Assembly (NCBI RefSeq): GCF_000143415.4
Contig: NW_003314267.1
Span: forward strand, 2,521,839 to 2,585,838
Reading direction: 5' to 3'
From: Selaginella moellendorffii
Lineage: Eukaryota > Plantae > Lycopodiophyta
DNA: 64,000 bases
Shown here: one piece after another, positions 24,655-35,782 of the stretch
How the letters are laid out: every line of letters starts with the position of its first letter
How positions within the stretch are numbered: position 1 is the first letter of the stretch
Made by a program: the position numbers and the translations under genes
Notes under the pieces: model-generated
The model's database searches: none
The model's input: the letters and a program-made list of their open reading frames with translations, nothing else
What the model was told of the DNA's origin: nothing

Positions 24655-25015
24655 GACCATGTCAGACGGAAGTAACAGGCAAAGATCATCGAGGCATTGG
24701 CCTTGAGTCGTATGGCCAAGAAGTGATTGTTCACGTCTCGGCAGAGGAGCTGTGCATCTGGTAGAGTAGTGTCCCTCGAGTATATTACCACACCCAGAGC
24801 CCCTCCCTTGCGGATCCTCTTCCTTGTGCCACGTAACCTTGGTATTGTGGCAGTCCATGGTGATCCGTTTCCCATGTTTCTGCTATACATATCACGTCGT
24901 GCATCTGATACATAAAAAAACCGAGACCGGAGTGAGTCGGGAATTCTGTTGCATTCCAGAACAAGATGCTTAGACGCGGTCGTTCCATGCTAGCAGTGAG
25001 CCCTGGAGAGTCCAT
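24655..25015 (-). mobile_element. LINE (non-LTR retrotransposon) ORF2 AP-endonuclease fragment, frameshifted and truncated
   Basis: LSILFWNA..DVICIAETW..GG.LGVVIYSR..MIFACYF, the typical start of an APE domain. Confidence 0.7.
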
Positions 25016-25452
25016 TATGGTGTCCCATAATCATTGAGCGAGAGATGGGACAGAATTTTAAGTGATTTCTGATAGAACAAAGAACAAGGAGAAAGTCCAC
25101 AAATGCAACACGCTCTAACTCTAAGCATCTTGTTCCATGTTTTCGCCGCCTAGCGCCTATTGGGACCTTCCTTGCTGCTTGAGAGTTGTGTCGTGGCGTT
25201 TTTGGTGCCTCGCGAGATGGTGGCGGCCCTGATTGGTCATCTCCCTCGTCGGTGTAGTCTAGAGATGGGTGGTCGAGCAGATTGTAAGATGGGCAGGCTG
25301 GTTGGATTGTAAACACAATCTAATTTCTACAAGGACTGCATACCTTCTTCATAAATTTGGATGAAAGATCTTTATAATATTAAATACCAGGAAATTTTTA
25401 TTTAAAAAGAAAAACAGAACCAATGCTTATGGAATCCAATGCTCCCTTATGA

Positions 25453-26660
25453 TCACAGCTCTTTCTGTCCCATCACCACAGCATACTTGAAAATGCCATT
25501 CTTGAATCCTTTGTCCATGTAGAAGAAGTGATAAGCCAATGACAGACTTGTCCGCATATGCGCCCACCCTGGAAAGCAAGAAATAAAAACAAGAAACCAA
25601 AGTTGCGTAACAAGATCTTTATGTACCTGATGTCAGGAGCTTGAATGCACCTCCCAATGTAAAGAGCTGGCCCGTGAGCATTCCCCAGAATGGAAGCATG
25701 TGTCGAGTCCAATCTTCCACCTTTACTTCCTACAGATAAGATAATACATAAGATCAGCCATAGAGTCGAAAAACATTGAAGAAACCGAACTCTTACTTGC
25801 AAGCCCGCATTGCGTGCTAATGTTTCGTACTCAGAAGTGGCGCACCAGGGTGGAAAGAAGTAAGCAGCACAGATCTTATCCAAGAGCGCCTGCAGCCATA
25901 TGTTATGACAATCTTTTTAAGAGATCAAGAAATATCTAGGAACTTGGCTTACTTGCTCATGCTTCTTGAGTGAAGTTTCTCCAGGCTTCAGTTCTCTGTG
26001 GCACCAGCTCACAAGCACCACCCGACCTCCGGGCTTGGTCACGCGTGCCATCTCTTGCATAAGCTGCAATCGCGTGCGGGAATTTAAACAAACTCAGATG
26101 AAAAGATTATGAATTCTTCTACCTTGAGTTTGTCCTCAATGTGCACTGCGCATTCCATGCACCAGACGAGATCAAACTGGCCGTCTTCGAACGGTTGATT
26201 CAGTGCATTTGCTACTTGGAATGTCACCTGTTCTCAAGTGTTAGAAACCGCCCCAAACAACCGAGTGGAATCTACCTTGTCTGAAACTCCTTCCTCCCTC
26301 GCGATGGCTTTGGCTCTGGCGATCTCGTAATCGCTCAGTGCTATTCCTTTCACATTTGCCGAGTACTTCTTGAACAGATATCGAGAAGTTCCCCCAAAAC
26401 CGCAGCCCACGTCCAGTATGTCTCGAGGACGGCTTTGCTCATCATCTAGGAGATTGTAATAGAATAGAGAGGGATACCATGACCAAAAGCTTACTTGGTA
26501 CTCCGGCCCAAGAGAGGACCTCCTCGATCATTCGGACTTGTGCCACTCGAAAGTCCCCAGGCTTGCCCGCCTCAAAGTAGCCCGAGTGCATATGCTCGCC
26601 CCACACAGCCTCATACACCACGCATCCCTCGTCATAAAACTCTTCGATCTCGCCGGCCAT
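25453..26660 (-). CDS. Gamma-tocopherol methyltransferase-like SAM methyltransferase (multi-exon)
   Basis: IEEFYDE..VWGEHMHSGYF..AQVRMIEE, motif I ILDVGCGFGGTSRYL, FEDGQFDLVWCMEC, RVTKPGGRVVLVSWCHREL, DKICAAYFFPPW, and C-terminus GIFKYAVVMGQKEL*. Confidence 0.88.
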
Positions 26661-26706
26661 TGCAGGAACAGAGACGCTGGCGCTTACTGAACACCCGCTG
26701 CTCAGC

Positions 26707-27470
26707 TAGGACTTAAAATTCCTTCTTACTGAGAAATCATGAATATTATTGATGATTAAAGTGATCGAAGGAGGCAAGTCTCCTGCTGCCATGACCACAG
26801 CATACTTGAAAACGCCAGTCTTGAATCCTTTGTCCATGTACGAGAAGTGATATACCAAGGATATACTTGTACGAAGATGTGTCTATCTTGTTTACTTTTG
26901 CAAAAGTTTTCTCATGTCAAAATCTTCAACGCGCCTCCCAAGGTAAAGATTTCTGCAGTGAGAAGACCCAAAACAGAAGTATATAATGTGTCCAATCTTC
27001 CATTTATACCTCCTGGCACACAGTAAATTCTGAGATTACAGCACAAATTTGCATCGATTGCTATAATTTTGTATTTAAATGTCTGGCAAGAAGATATGCT
27101 ATCCTGATTCACTCTCTCTTCGCTTACCTGGCAGTGACGTGGCAGCGCTTTCATTTTGTTACTTGCACTTAGCAAAATCTTAATCAGCGCTCGCCCTAAA
27201 TGTTTTAGTGGCCAAATTTCATGAGATGTTCCTCCAAATCCACATTGGCCGGCTTTGCTCGTCGTCTAGATTCACACACATTGTAAAAGGGTGTGTCTCG
27301 GAGCGATCGAAATGCTTACCCGGTCCTCCTGCCCAGCTCCTCGAGCATTCGGATTTATGCCGCTGGAAAGTAGCGAGTGTTGCCAGCATCGAAGTAACCC
27401 GAATGCATATGCTCACCACATAGTTCATACACCACACATCCTTCATAAGCTCCTGAGTCTCCACAGCCAA
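26707..27470 (-). pseudogene. Tandem pseudogene copy of the gamma-TMT-like gene
   Basis: Frameshifted remnants of exon 1 (GEHMHSGYFDAG..IRMLEE), exon 2 (DDEQSRP) and the last exon (DKGFKTGVFKYAVVM). Confidence 0.85.
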
Positions 27471-27479
27471 AATATACCT

Positions 27480-28470
27480 AGGTAGTAAAAGAAACTTGCG
27501 TTGTTTAGAAATTCCCCAATGTTCTTGTTGGAGGTTCGTTTGCGTGGCTCCACTTCGTTGTAGTTCTCCCTGAAGTTCCAGACGCGTTTGACTGCGGTGG
27601 ACACATCTTCGTCGTTTGGAACGTTGAGGTTAGATAGTTTCATGGGGAAGAGGTTCCGCGAGTGGAGCTTGTATAGTTGCCACTCCGCACGTTACTCTCC
27701 GCCATTATCTCGCGAGTGGTGTCCGCATCCACCAGTTCCGTATCACCATCTTTGGATTGGGTGGACTCTTGGAGGCGAATTGGGAAGAAGTCTGCTTTGG
27801 TGCCATCCTTTAACTTTTCTCGACCCTTGTGAAACGAGCAGGTCACTTTCGTACCAGAAGCACACCAGAAATGTCCTGCCAGATGAATCTGGAATTTTTT
27901 GCAGTGAAATTGGGTGATTAGGAATTTGGCAAAGTCCTCTGAATCGATGTTTCCTGGGACGTCCACTTTGAGCAATAGTGCTCCCGGGTTCCTCCGGGGG
28001 AATGAATGAGTAGATCTGGGAAGCCTTGGAAGGCTCTACCTTGCAGCGGGACAGATCTAGGGGGACACGGCTGCTTCCAAAGGTTTTGCACCATTCTTCT
28101 CCAGTCATCGTGCTGGCAGCTTGTGCGAGCCAATTGGAGATCGTCATCACTGCCTCCTATCGACTCACCTTGGCCTTGTCGTCAGAACCTTGGTCGTGCA
28201 TGGTTGGCTGTGGAGGCGAGCGGAAATGGTGGTGTCGGCGTGGCGGCGGTGAACGCGAGGGAGTGGTGGCTCCTGGTATCAGCACGTCGTGAAGCAGTAT
28301 CAGTGGGGTGCCTCAGCCGATAGGGCAGGGATAGCCTCCCGTCCAGGCATCTCTTGGACGGGAGCGGGACGACGACACAGCAGAGTGAGGATGCCCTGGA
28401 TACTGATGATACTGTGAATTGCTGCGGGAATATTGTCTGGGATGAAAGAATGAGAGAAAGAGTCAACTCA
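27480..28470 (-). pseudogene. Frameshifted remnant of unknown gene (possibly TE ORF1)
   Basis: Chain of overlapping protein-like ORFs in different frames; no recognised motif. Confidence 0.3.
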
Positions 28471-28555
28471 GTCAATGAAAGTCAATAATACTTCTATTGA
28501 CATATCGACATGAGTTAAATTCATAAATTCAGCTATCCGGCTAATATCATGGATT

Positions 28556-30253
28556 ATGAGAAGGCTACCTCAAAGTTTGGATGGATCTGTGAGGCAGCTG
28601 CTGGAGCTCCAAGATCAACCACAGACTTGCTCGATCTACAGCTCCATCCTGCGGCAATGCATCGATTCACGGGCACCGCTGGGTGTCGGCAGGGTTGTGC
28701 ACGATCACATCGCCAGCCACGGGCTGGATCGGGGATGCTTTCTCGGGAATTTGCTGCTCCAGATGTATGCGGCTTGTGGTGGATCTGGCGCGGACGCCGA
28801 GTCAGTGCTGGCGAGACTTCTCGAGCCGGGTGTTTTCTCGTGGAACATGGTCATGGCAGCATATGCCAACAAGGGGCAACTGCAAGAGGCTCGGCGGATC
28901 TTTGAGCTCTCGCGGAGGAAGAATGTGGTGTCATGGACGATCGTCATGGCGGCGTTCTCTCAGAGTGGTCGGATCCGTGAGGCTGGGACGATGTTCCAGG
29001 CGATGCCGCAGCACAATCTCGTCTCCCGGACGGCGATGATCCGAGCTCTTGGCCAGAGAGGGGATTTTCGATCGGCTCGGAGACTGTTTGAGACGATGGA
29101 GGAGAGGAACTTGGTGTCCTGGAACACTGTAGTGGTGATCTACGCTCAGGTGGCGATGGTGGATGCTGCGATGGCCGTGCTAAGAAGAGCTCCCGGGTGG
29201 GATCTTATCTCCTGGACAACCATGCTCGCAGCCTTTGCCCAACGAGGAGATCTTTGTAAGGCGAGAGAGATCTTTCATTGGATGAAGCACCGGAGTGAGG
29301 CTCCCTGGAATGCGATGATCCAGGCGTACGCCGAGGCTGGCGAGATCGATCGCGCGAGTGAGATGTTTGAGGGGATTCCCATGCGAGACATCATCACCTC
29401 GACGACGATGGTGGACGCGTATGCTCAGCTCGGGGATCTTGCTGTTGCGCGAGCGATCTTCGACGAGATGCCCGAGAGGAATTCGGTGACTTGGTCGGTG
29501 TTGATCTCGGCCTACGGCAAGAACAACGGGAGAGAGTCGCTTCGTCTGTTCCTCCGGATGGATCTCGAGGGGTTTCGAGCCGAGGAGATGACCTACGTCG
29601 CGGTCCTGGATGCGTGCTCGAGCGCGGCCGCGGTTGCCGAGGGCAGGATCATCCACGAGAGCGTTTTGGATCGGGGGCTGAGCAGGGACTTGCGAATCGG
29701 GAGCGCTCTCGTCGATTTCTACGGCAAGTGTGGCCAGCTCGAGACCGCTCGGTTGATCTTCTCGGAGCTCCCGATCCAGGACGTGATACTCTGGACAGCG
29801 CTGATCACGTCGTATGCTCACAATGGCCATCTCCCGGAAGCTCTGGCGATCTTCCGCGAGATGCTGCTCGCCGGGATCCTCCCCGACTGCGTGACGATCG
29901 TGAGTGTTCTCTCGGCTTGCAGCCATGGCGGAGTGGAAGGCGATGGATGGATTCACGTCGTGCGAATGGCTTGGGACTACGATCTGGAGCTTTCGCTGGC
30001 TCACTACCTTTGCGTGATGGATCTTCTGGGACGATCGGGGAAGCTCGAGCTGCTGGAGGATCTGGTGACAAGCATGCCTTTCGAGCCGGATGTTGTGGCA
30101 TGGACGACTTTGCTCAGCGCTTGCAAGGAGATTGGAGACGAGAGACGCGCTGCTCGAGCTGCTCGAAAGCTCCGGGAGATGGATTCCAACGCCATGGCTC
30201 CGTATGCTCTGCTCTCCAACATGCACGCTGGTGTGGCGAACGCGGAGGATTGA
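28556..30253 (+). CDS. PLS-class PPR protein with E-type end, rich in short (S) motifs
   Basis: Repeated about 31-aa motifs (NVVSW..M..AY..G...AR..F..MP), then HYLCVMDLLGRSG..MPFEPDVVAWTTLLSAC..YALLSNMHA. No DYW domain. Confidence 0.92.
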   Translation: MRRLPQSLDGSVRQLLELQDQPQTCSIYSSILRQCIDSRAPLGVGRVVHDHIASHGLDRGCFLGNLLLQMYAACGGSGADAESVLARLLEPGVFSWNMVMAAYANKGQLQEARRIFELSRRKNVVSWTIVMAAFSQSGRIREAGTMFQAMPQHNLVSRTAMIRALGQRGDFRSARRLFETMEERNLVSWNTVVVIYAQVAMVDAAMAVLRRAPGWDLISWTTMLAAFAQRGDLCKAREIFHWMKHRSEAPWNAMIQAYAEAGEIDRASEMFEGIPMRDIITSTTMVDAYAQLGDLAVARAIFDEMPERNSVTWSVLISAYGKNNGRESLRLFLRMDLEGFRAEEMTYVAVLDACSSAAAVAEGRIIHESVLDRGLSRDLRIGSALVDFYGKCGQLETARLIFSELPIQDVILWTALITSYAHNGHLPEALAIFREMLLAGILPDCVTIVSVLSACSHGGVEGDGWIHVVRMAWDYDLELSLAHYLCVMDLLGRSGKLELLEDLVTSMPFEPDVVAWTTLLSACKEIGDERRAARAARKLREMDSNAMAPYALLSNMHAGVANAED

Positions 30254-30289
30254 TCGACCAAAGTTTTCTCGTTTGCTCGAAGCTACTCT

Positions 30290-30930
30290 TCAAACTATGC
30301 TTTCCAGCATGGATCCACGAGAGCGGCGACGGAGGGGCGGTCTTCGCAGAAGCGTAGAAACCTCACGACTTTTGCTCCGTTCTTGCTCTTGAAAACTTGC
30401 TTTGCGATGTAGTCGGATCCAATCTTCAAGCTTACACCCGGATTCCTGGACTAGCTTGAGGTGTTTGATCTCGTCCGCGAATACATCGCAACATACAGCA
30501 GAATCCGCCACCTCCGCCACTGCAGCTCGGACATGAGGCTTCAAATCTTTCACGCACGGCTTGACAACGAGGCCTGGCAAGCCACCACAGACTTTGAATC
30601 GAGCTCTCCTGTTCAATCCAAAACCCAGACCTCGGTTGCACTGCTCCAGTTCGTCCAGAGACCAAGCTTCCAAATGGCAGATTATACCAGTGTCCTTCGC
30701 GAAGCTATAGTACGCGTCTCGGTATGGAGGCGCCAGCTGAAGACTCCTGGGCTGCTTTCTCGATGATCCATCAGCCAGACTGTTCCCAGCTCGGGAAGCC
30801 GTAGCAATTGGCAATCCAAACTAGAGGGAGAAATCGAGATTACGAACGTCCATGGTGTCGCAAGAATAAGGTGGTCTACAGGATCAAGAGAGAACTGGTT
30901 CTACTACTTCGATGAAATCCTCCAGGAGCT
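30290..30930 (-). pseudogene. Crinkler/RHS-like NTPase gene remnant
   Basis: WSLDELEQC..RARFKVCGGLPGLV resembles the CRN/RHS W(S/T)xxE..GGxPR motif. Homologous to 34960-35632. Confidence 0.55.
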
Positions 30931-31075
30931 TCGTCGATTTCTTTCTAAGATCCCGACCTTAGCAGGAAATGTCCAAATTCTTAACTACCAAATTTGAACA
31001 AAGTCCATATATGGCTCAGAAGCTGTGTCTATAAAAATTTAAGGTGTAAAATCCTTACCTAGGGATTAAGTAAGC

Positions 31076-32173
31076 ATGGCCGCGATGAGTTTCCTCGATA
31101 TGCACACGTCGCCTATGCAGATTATCATTGATTTGCTAGAGGTTTTAGCTATGAGATTAACTCACAGGATGCGGGTTGCTCTGGTTTGGTATGGGAAAAA
31201 AACGGGGAAGACTACCGATGAGATTTGGAGTGGTCTTAGGATGCAAACCGCACTCGAATTGCCGGCTGACAGCCAAGATTGGGATCTCATAACATATGAG
31301 CGTATCCTCACCAAGATTGGCAGTGATCCAGCTATGGGGAAGACTTTTATTTATGATCCTCTCGAAAGCAACAGGGATTGTTTGGCCCCTCGCCTGGAAG
31401 ATCAGCCCAAAGTTGACGCATCTGATGAAGCTAGTTTTGTGGTTGTTGGTTCGACGGAGCCGCCCACTGTTGATTACCTGTGTTGTTTATCGGTGTATGA
31501 GAAGGCGAGGGATGCTTTTCTTTCGGCCAGGCTTGGGAGCTACAACTGGTTCATGGCGTTTATGGCGATGGCGGAAGCGGGTGTTCTCCTGGAGCACTTT
31601 AAGAATGCCCAGGATTCTTACGGATATAGCATCTCCAAGCTGCGGCGTGCAATGCTCTGGGAACTCAGTGAGGATGACGACGACGACGATGACGACAATA
31701 AACATCTGCTGTCTGGTTTCCTCAACAAGAACTTTGGCTGGGAGATGGAGATGTGTGATCATGGAATAGAAGATGAGCTGCCGTTCAAGCCAAGGTCTAG
31801 GGCTACCGCGGGTCCTTGTTGGAATTACAAGATGATGACTTGGGAACCACGGATTGCATCACCACAAGCTGACGACGACTTGCCACGTCCAATCGTTCTG
31901 CCGTATGTTCACCTTTGTTACAATGCAGTGGAGAGTGTTCTTGATCAACGAGAAGAATACATGCAAATGTTCTCCATTCCATTTGGGAAGATGGTGGTTG
32001 ACCTGAGCGGGGCTTGGATGCTGAAAACGTTGGACTTTCTGCAGGAGGATATGGAGAAGAAGCACGAGGAGCACAGGGAATCTTTAGAAAATATGGAGGA
32101 GTGGGTCATGTTTGATGATTATGATCGAGATCACATAAAAACTCTCCGTTCAAGGTTTAACAAAGGAGTTTAA
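31076..32173 (+). CDS. Intronless orphan protein (365 aa) with poly-Asp tract
   Basis: Long ATG-initiated ORF with a degenerate paralog at 5647-6762; no recognised domain. Confidence 0.7.
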   Translation: MAAMSFLDMHTSPMQIIIDLLEVLAMRLTHRMRVALVWYGKKTGKTTDEIWSGLRMQTALELPADSQDWDLITYERILTKIGSDPAMGKTFIYDPLESNRDCLAPRLEDQPKVDASDEASFVVVGSTEPPTVDYLCCLSVYEKARDAFLSARLGSYNWFMAFMAMAEAGVLLEHFKNAQDSYGYSISKLRRAMLWELSEDDDDDDDDNKHLLSGFLNKNFGWEMEMCDHGIEDELPFKPRSRATAGPCWNYKMMTWEPRIASPQADDDLPRPIVLPYVHLCYNAVESVLDQREEYMQMFSIPFGKMVVDLSGAWMLKTLDFLQEDMEKKHEEHRESLENMEEWVMFDDYDRDHIKTLRSRFNKGV

Positions 32174-32318
32174 TACACTGTTTTATTTTACTTTAAGTTT
32201 AATATATACTCATAAATAGGACTACGTAGATTTGTGTGAAGGCTCTGTATAAAATGGCAAAAAATGCGCAAAGCAGTTCTAATTAAATACCTTCTCAAAT
32301 CCCTTTTAGGGCAATGTC

Positions 32319-33989
32319 ATGCACGACGCCTTGATCTATGGCTATGGCTGCCTGGTGAAGCAGTGCCACAGCCTTGACGATGGCAGGAAGCTCCACGCCC
32401 TAATCGATCACGATGGCCACACCACCAACACATTCATCGCCAATCTCCTCGTGGAAATGTACGCCAGATGCGGCAGCCTCGAGGATGCGGTGTCGTGCTT
32501 CGCCGCCATAGCCGCCAAGAACATCTTCTCCTGGAACATCGCCATCGCGGCATTTGCCCGCCACGGGCATTTCGACGAGGCCATGGATTGCTTCCGGCGG
32601 ATGCAGTTCCAAGGGATCTTGCCGGACGATTTCACCCTCAGCTCGGTTCTAGGTCCGTGCTCGCAGATCAAGAACGCGGCGAGCGAGATCCGGGGGATTC
32701 ACGAAATATTTCTCCAGCGCGGCGGATGCGATGCAGTGGTGGCGGCAGCGCTGATCCATGCATATGGCCGATGCGGCCGGATTGACGAGGCGAGATCGCT
32801 CTTGTGCCAAGAGCAGGAGAGCGACAGCGATGTGTGGAATTCGCTCATGGCTGTGTGTTCTTGGAATGGGGAGGGGAGAAGGGGCTTGGAGATTTTCTGG
32901 AGGATGCATCAGATGGGAGTGAGGCCGGATGGATTTAGCTTCAGCACTGCGATTGGCGCGTGCACGGCGATCGGCGATTTCGCGCAGGGATGGAGCATTC
33001 TTGGCCAGATCCGTTGCCTGGAGCTGGATCGAGAGAATGAGATCCTCGCCGTGGCGCTGATCGAAATGCTTGCAAAGAGCGGGAAAATTCAAGAAGCCTG
33101 TAGCGTCTTCCAGCACGTGAGAATCCCAAGAACCCTAATCTTGTGGAACGCGACGATCGCGGCGCTAGCGCAGGGTAGAAGAATCGGTGCTGCGCTCCGG
33201 CTCTTCGAGATGATGCGCCGGGAGGGGGGTCTGGCTCCAGATGCCGTTTCCTGGACGACGCTCATCACGGCGCTGGAAGATCGCGAGGAGGAGGCGTTTC
33301 AGCTCTTGCGCAGGATGGATTTGGAAGGTGTGAAGCCAGACAGGGTCACATTCGTCGCGGTCGTGAATGCCTGCTCCAATTCCTTGAGTAGCGTCCGGGC
33401 AATCCACTCCAGGATTGTTGGATCGGGCTTTTCATCCTTCTTGGAGATCAAGAACGCTCTGCTCGCGAAATATTCTCAATGCGGTGGTCTCCAGGAGGCC
33501 AGGTCGATCTTCTCGAGCAGCGGCCAGCACAGGGACGTGATCTCATGGAGCTCCATGATAGAATCGTGCGCCCACCACGGCCGCGGCGAAGAATCCCTCG
33601 CTCTCTTCCGCCGGATGCAGCAAGAAGGCGTCGATCCAAACGCTATAACTTTCTTGAGCATTCTCTCTGCGTGCCGGCACTCTGGATTCCTGGACGAGGA
33701 GGCGCTGCGCTGCGTGGGAGCGATGGAGGCGGATTATGGGATCCAGCCAGGGCAAGAACACCGCGCTTGCGTCGTGGATCTTCTTGGAATAGCTGGGCGG
33801 TTGAAAGAGGCCGAGAATCTCATCACCGCTGATGATCGATCCCATGGGGAAGTGGCATGGACGAGCTTCCTGGGAGGTTGTCGCGTCCATCCGGACGAAG
33901 CTGGAGCGATCGAGAGAGCTCAAGAACAGGTCCAGCATTGCGAATCGTCGGGATTTCATATCCTACTTTCCAACGTCAAATCAGGATAA
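32319..33989 (+). CDS. PLS-class PPR protein with degenerate E-type end
   Basis: P-L-S triplets (NLLVEMYARCGSLEDA, DVISWSSMI, ITFLSILSACRHSG, CVVDLLG..). No DYW domain. Confidence 0.92.
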   Translation: MHDALIYGYGCLVKQCHSLDDGRKLHALIDHDGHTTNTFIANLLVEMYARCGSLEDAVSCFAAIAAKNIFSWNIAIAAFARHGHFDEAMDCFRRMQFQGILPDDFTLSSVLGPCSQIKNAASEIRGIHEIFLQRGGCDAVVAAALIHAYGRCGRIDEARSLLCQEQESDSDVWNSLMAVCSWNGEGRRGLEIFWRMHQMGVRPDGFSFSTAIGACTAIGDFAQGWSILGQIRCLELDRENEILAVALIEMLAKSGKIQEACSVFQHVRIPRTLILWNATIAALAQGRRIGAALRLFEMMRREGGLAPDAVSWTTLITALEDREEEAFQLLRRMDLEGVKPDRVTFVAVVNACSNSLSSVRAIHSRIVGSGFSSFLEIKNALLAKYSQCGGLQEARSIFSSSGQHRDVISWSSMIESCAHHGRGEESLALFRRMQQEGVDPNAITFLSILSACRHSGFLDEEALRCVGAMEADYGIQPGQEHRACVVDLLGIAGRLKEAENLITADDRSHGEVAWTSFLGGCRVHPDEAGAIERAQEQVQHCESSGFHILLSNVKSG

Positions 33990-34091
33990 AGTTGGCAGGT
34001 TCTAGGGTTTAGCAAGAAGAGGATGAGATCTGGTTTTGTATGTGACTGGTGAACACTGCAGAGTTGAGTAGAGATTTCTGTGAGACTTGCC

Positions 34092-34803
34092 ATGAAACAT
34101 TATTTCTTCCCAGACGAGGTAATTGATGAGACTTGCGATCAAAACACGTTTGAAGATGAGCTATCCCTATAACACGTTACACTTGTCACTTGAACAGCTA
34201 AAAGATGGACATCGTGAGGAAGAAAGTCTTGAAGATATGCTTAGTTATTCTTATAATATGATAGACTTAGTCATTTAAACAGCTCATGTGAGGAAGAAAG
34301 TCTTGGAAGATATGCTTAGTTATCCCTATAACATGATAAACTTAGTCATTTGAACAGCTCATTGAAAAGATTGGACATCGTGAGGAAGAAAGGTTACAAA
34401 TGTGTCTGTGAATGCCTTGCTATCGAAGGGCAATACGGGGAATGTGTACAGCAGTTATATTCAGTCTCTTCTGGTTTGGTTCTTTGCTGTCAATGGGGAC
34501 ACGACTTCAGACCGGATTATAAAGCCTTAGGAATTCTAAAGCAGCAATTCACCTGGACAATTCCATGTTAGATCCAGAACGGATCTAACTTTTGATCAGT
34601 GTAATATTAGAGTGATGTTGCTTTTCGAGGCGGAGGAAGCTGATAAGGAGATGTGTCTCAAGATGGAAGAGAAACTAATGGGAGAAGAATTTCCAAGAGA
34701 AGCTCTATTTATATTAAATACACACCTCAAATTGGACATGAAAGAAGCAAGTGAAATGAAAGCTATTGTAGCCAGGATGGATAGTTATGAACGAAGGTTT
34801 TAG
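34092..34803 (+). pseudogene. Deleted pseudogene of orphan ORF 19687-20853
   Basis: MKHYFFPDEVID.., RKKGYKC, and EEFPREALFILNTHLKLD match the intact copy. It has internal small tandem duplications and deletions. Confidence 0.85.
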
Positions 34804-34959
34804 TTTGAAATCAGGATTTAATTGTAATGTAGGTGATAGTGAACATTGCAGGTTGGATAGAGATCTCTGTGATGGGGTAGCCAAGTTCTGCATGACCCAG
34901 ATGATGTAATTGATGCGCAGTAACATTCAAGTGCACATGGACTTTACCTAAGATGTTTA

Positions 34960-35632
34960 GGATGAGGCTTGGGGTCAAGCCATAGTGTTTGTCTAGTTGC
35001 CACAGACTTTGAATCGAGCTCTCACTTCATCCCAAAGCTCGGTTGCACTGCTCCAGTTCCTCCAAAGACCAAGCTTCCAAATGGTTCGCGAAGCTATAGT
35101 ACGCGAAGCGCCAGCGGAAGACTCCTGCCTGGATGTGGTTGCTTTCTCAATGCTCCATCGACGATCAGCCAGACTTTTCTCATGTCCCATCTCGGCAAGC
35201 CCTCGTAGCAATTGGAAATCCAAACCAGAGGCTTCTCCAGCGAGAAATCGAAGTAGTAGAACCAGTTAACACCATCCGCTTTCTTGACCACCTTGTTCTT
35301 GCGCTATGCCTGCCGAAAGAGCCACCAATGCCCAAAGTAGGAGTTTCCCACCCCGGGAGTGGCAACAACATGGACGTTCCTTCACTCGGCAGTCTCAATG
35401 AAATCCTCCAGGAGCTCGTAATTTGGGTGAATCCACAGAGCTGTCTTCTCTCTCTCGCTGAAGAGCCCAGATGGAATTCGCAGCACCTTGGCCTGAGAGA
35501 GCTCCACGGCCTACTGGAAAATTGGGGAAGAAGCCATCCTCTGGGGTGCAAACGAAAGCACTGGACACCTCGAAGAACCCTAAACTTTTAGCGCGGGAAG
35601 TGAAGAACCCTAAACTTAAGAAAAAGATCCAT
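34960..35632 (-). pseudogene. Crinkler/RHS-like NTPase gene remnant
   Basis: Degenerate Walker A VVATPGVGNSYFGHWWL, Walker B-like VWLIVDG, and RARFKVCG. Contains stops and frameshifts; paralog of 30290-30930. Confidence 0.6.
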
Positions 35633-35782
35633 GTCAACGGTCAACCCAAGCATATTCGCATGTTGGTCTCTTTTCCTTTTCTTGGGCAAAGATCTCATCA
35701 CATTCCATTCTCCTCCGAGAGCTCAAGCGATTAGATCTCCGGGAGAGCGCGAGCGATCATCGCCTCGCGGCTCGCCGGCGCC

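Noticed and set aside
29180-30357. 348-aa (-) and 288-aa (+) ORFs overlapping the PPR gene
   Set aside because: Alternative-frame shadows of a GC-rich coding region.
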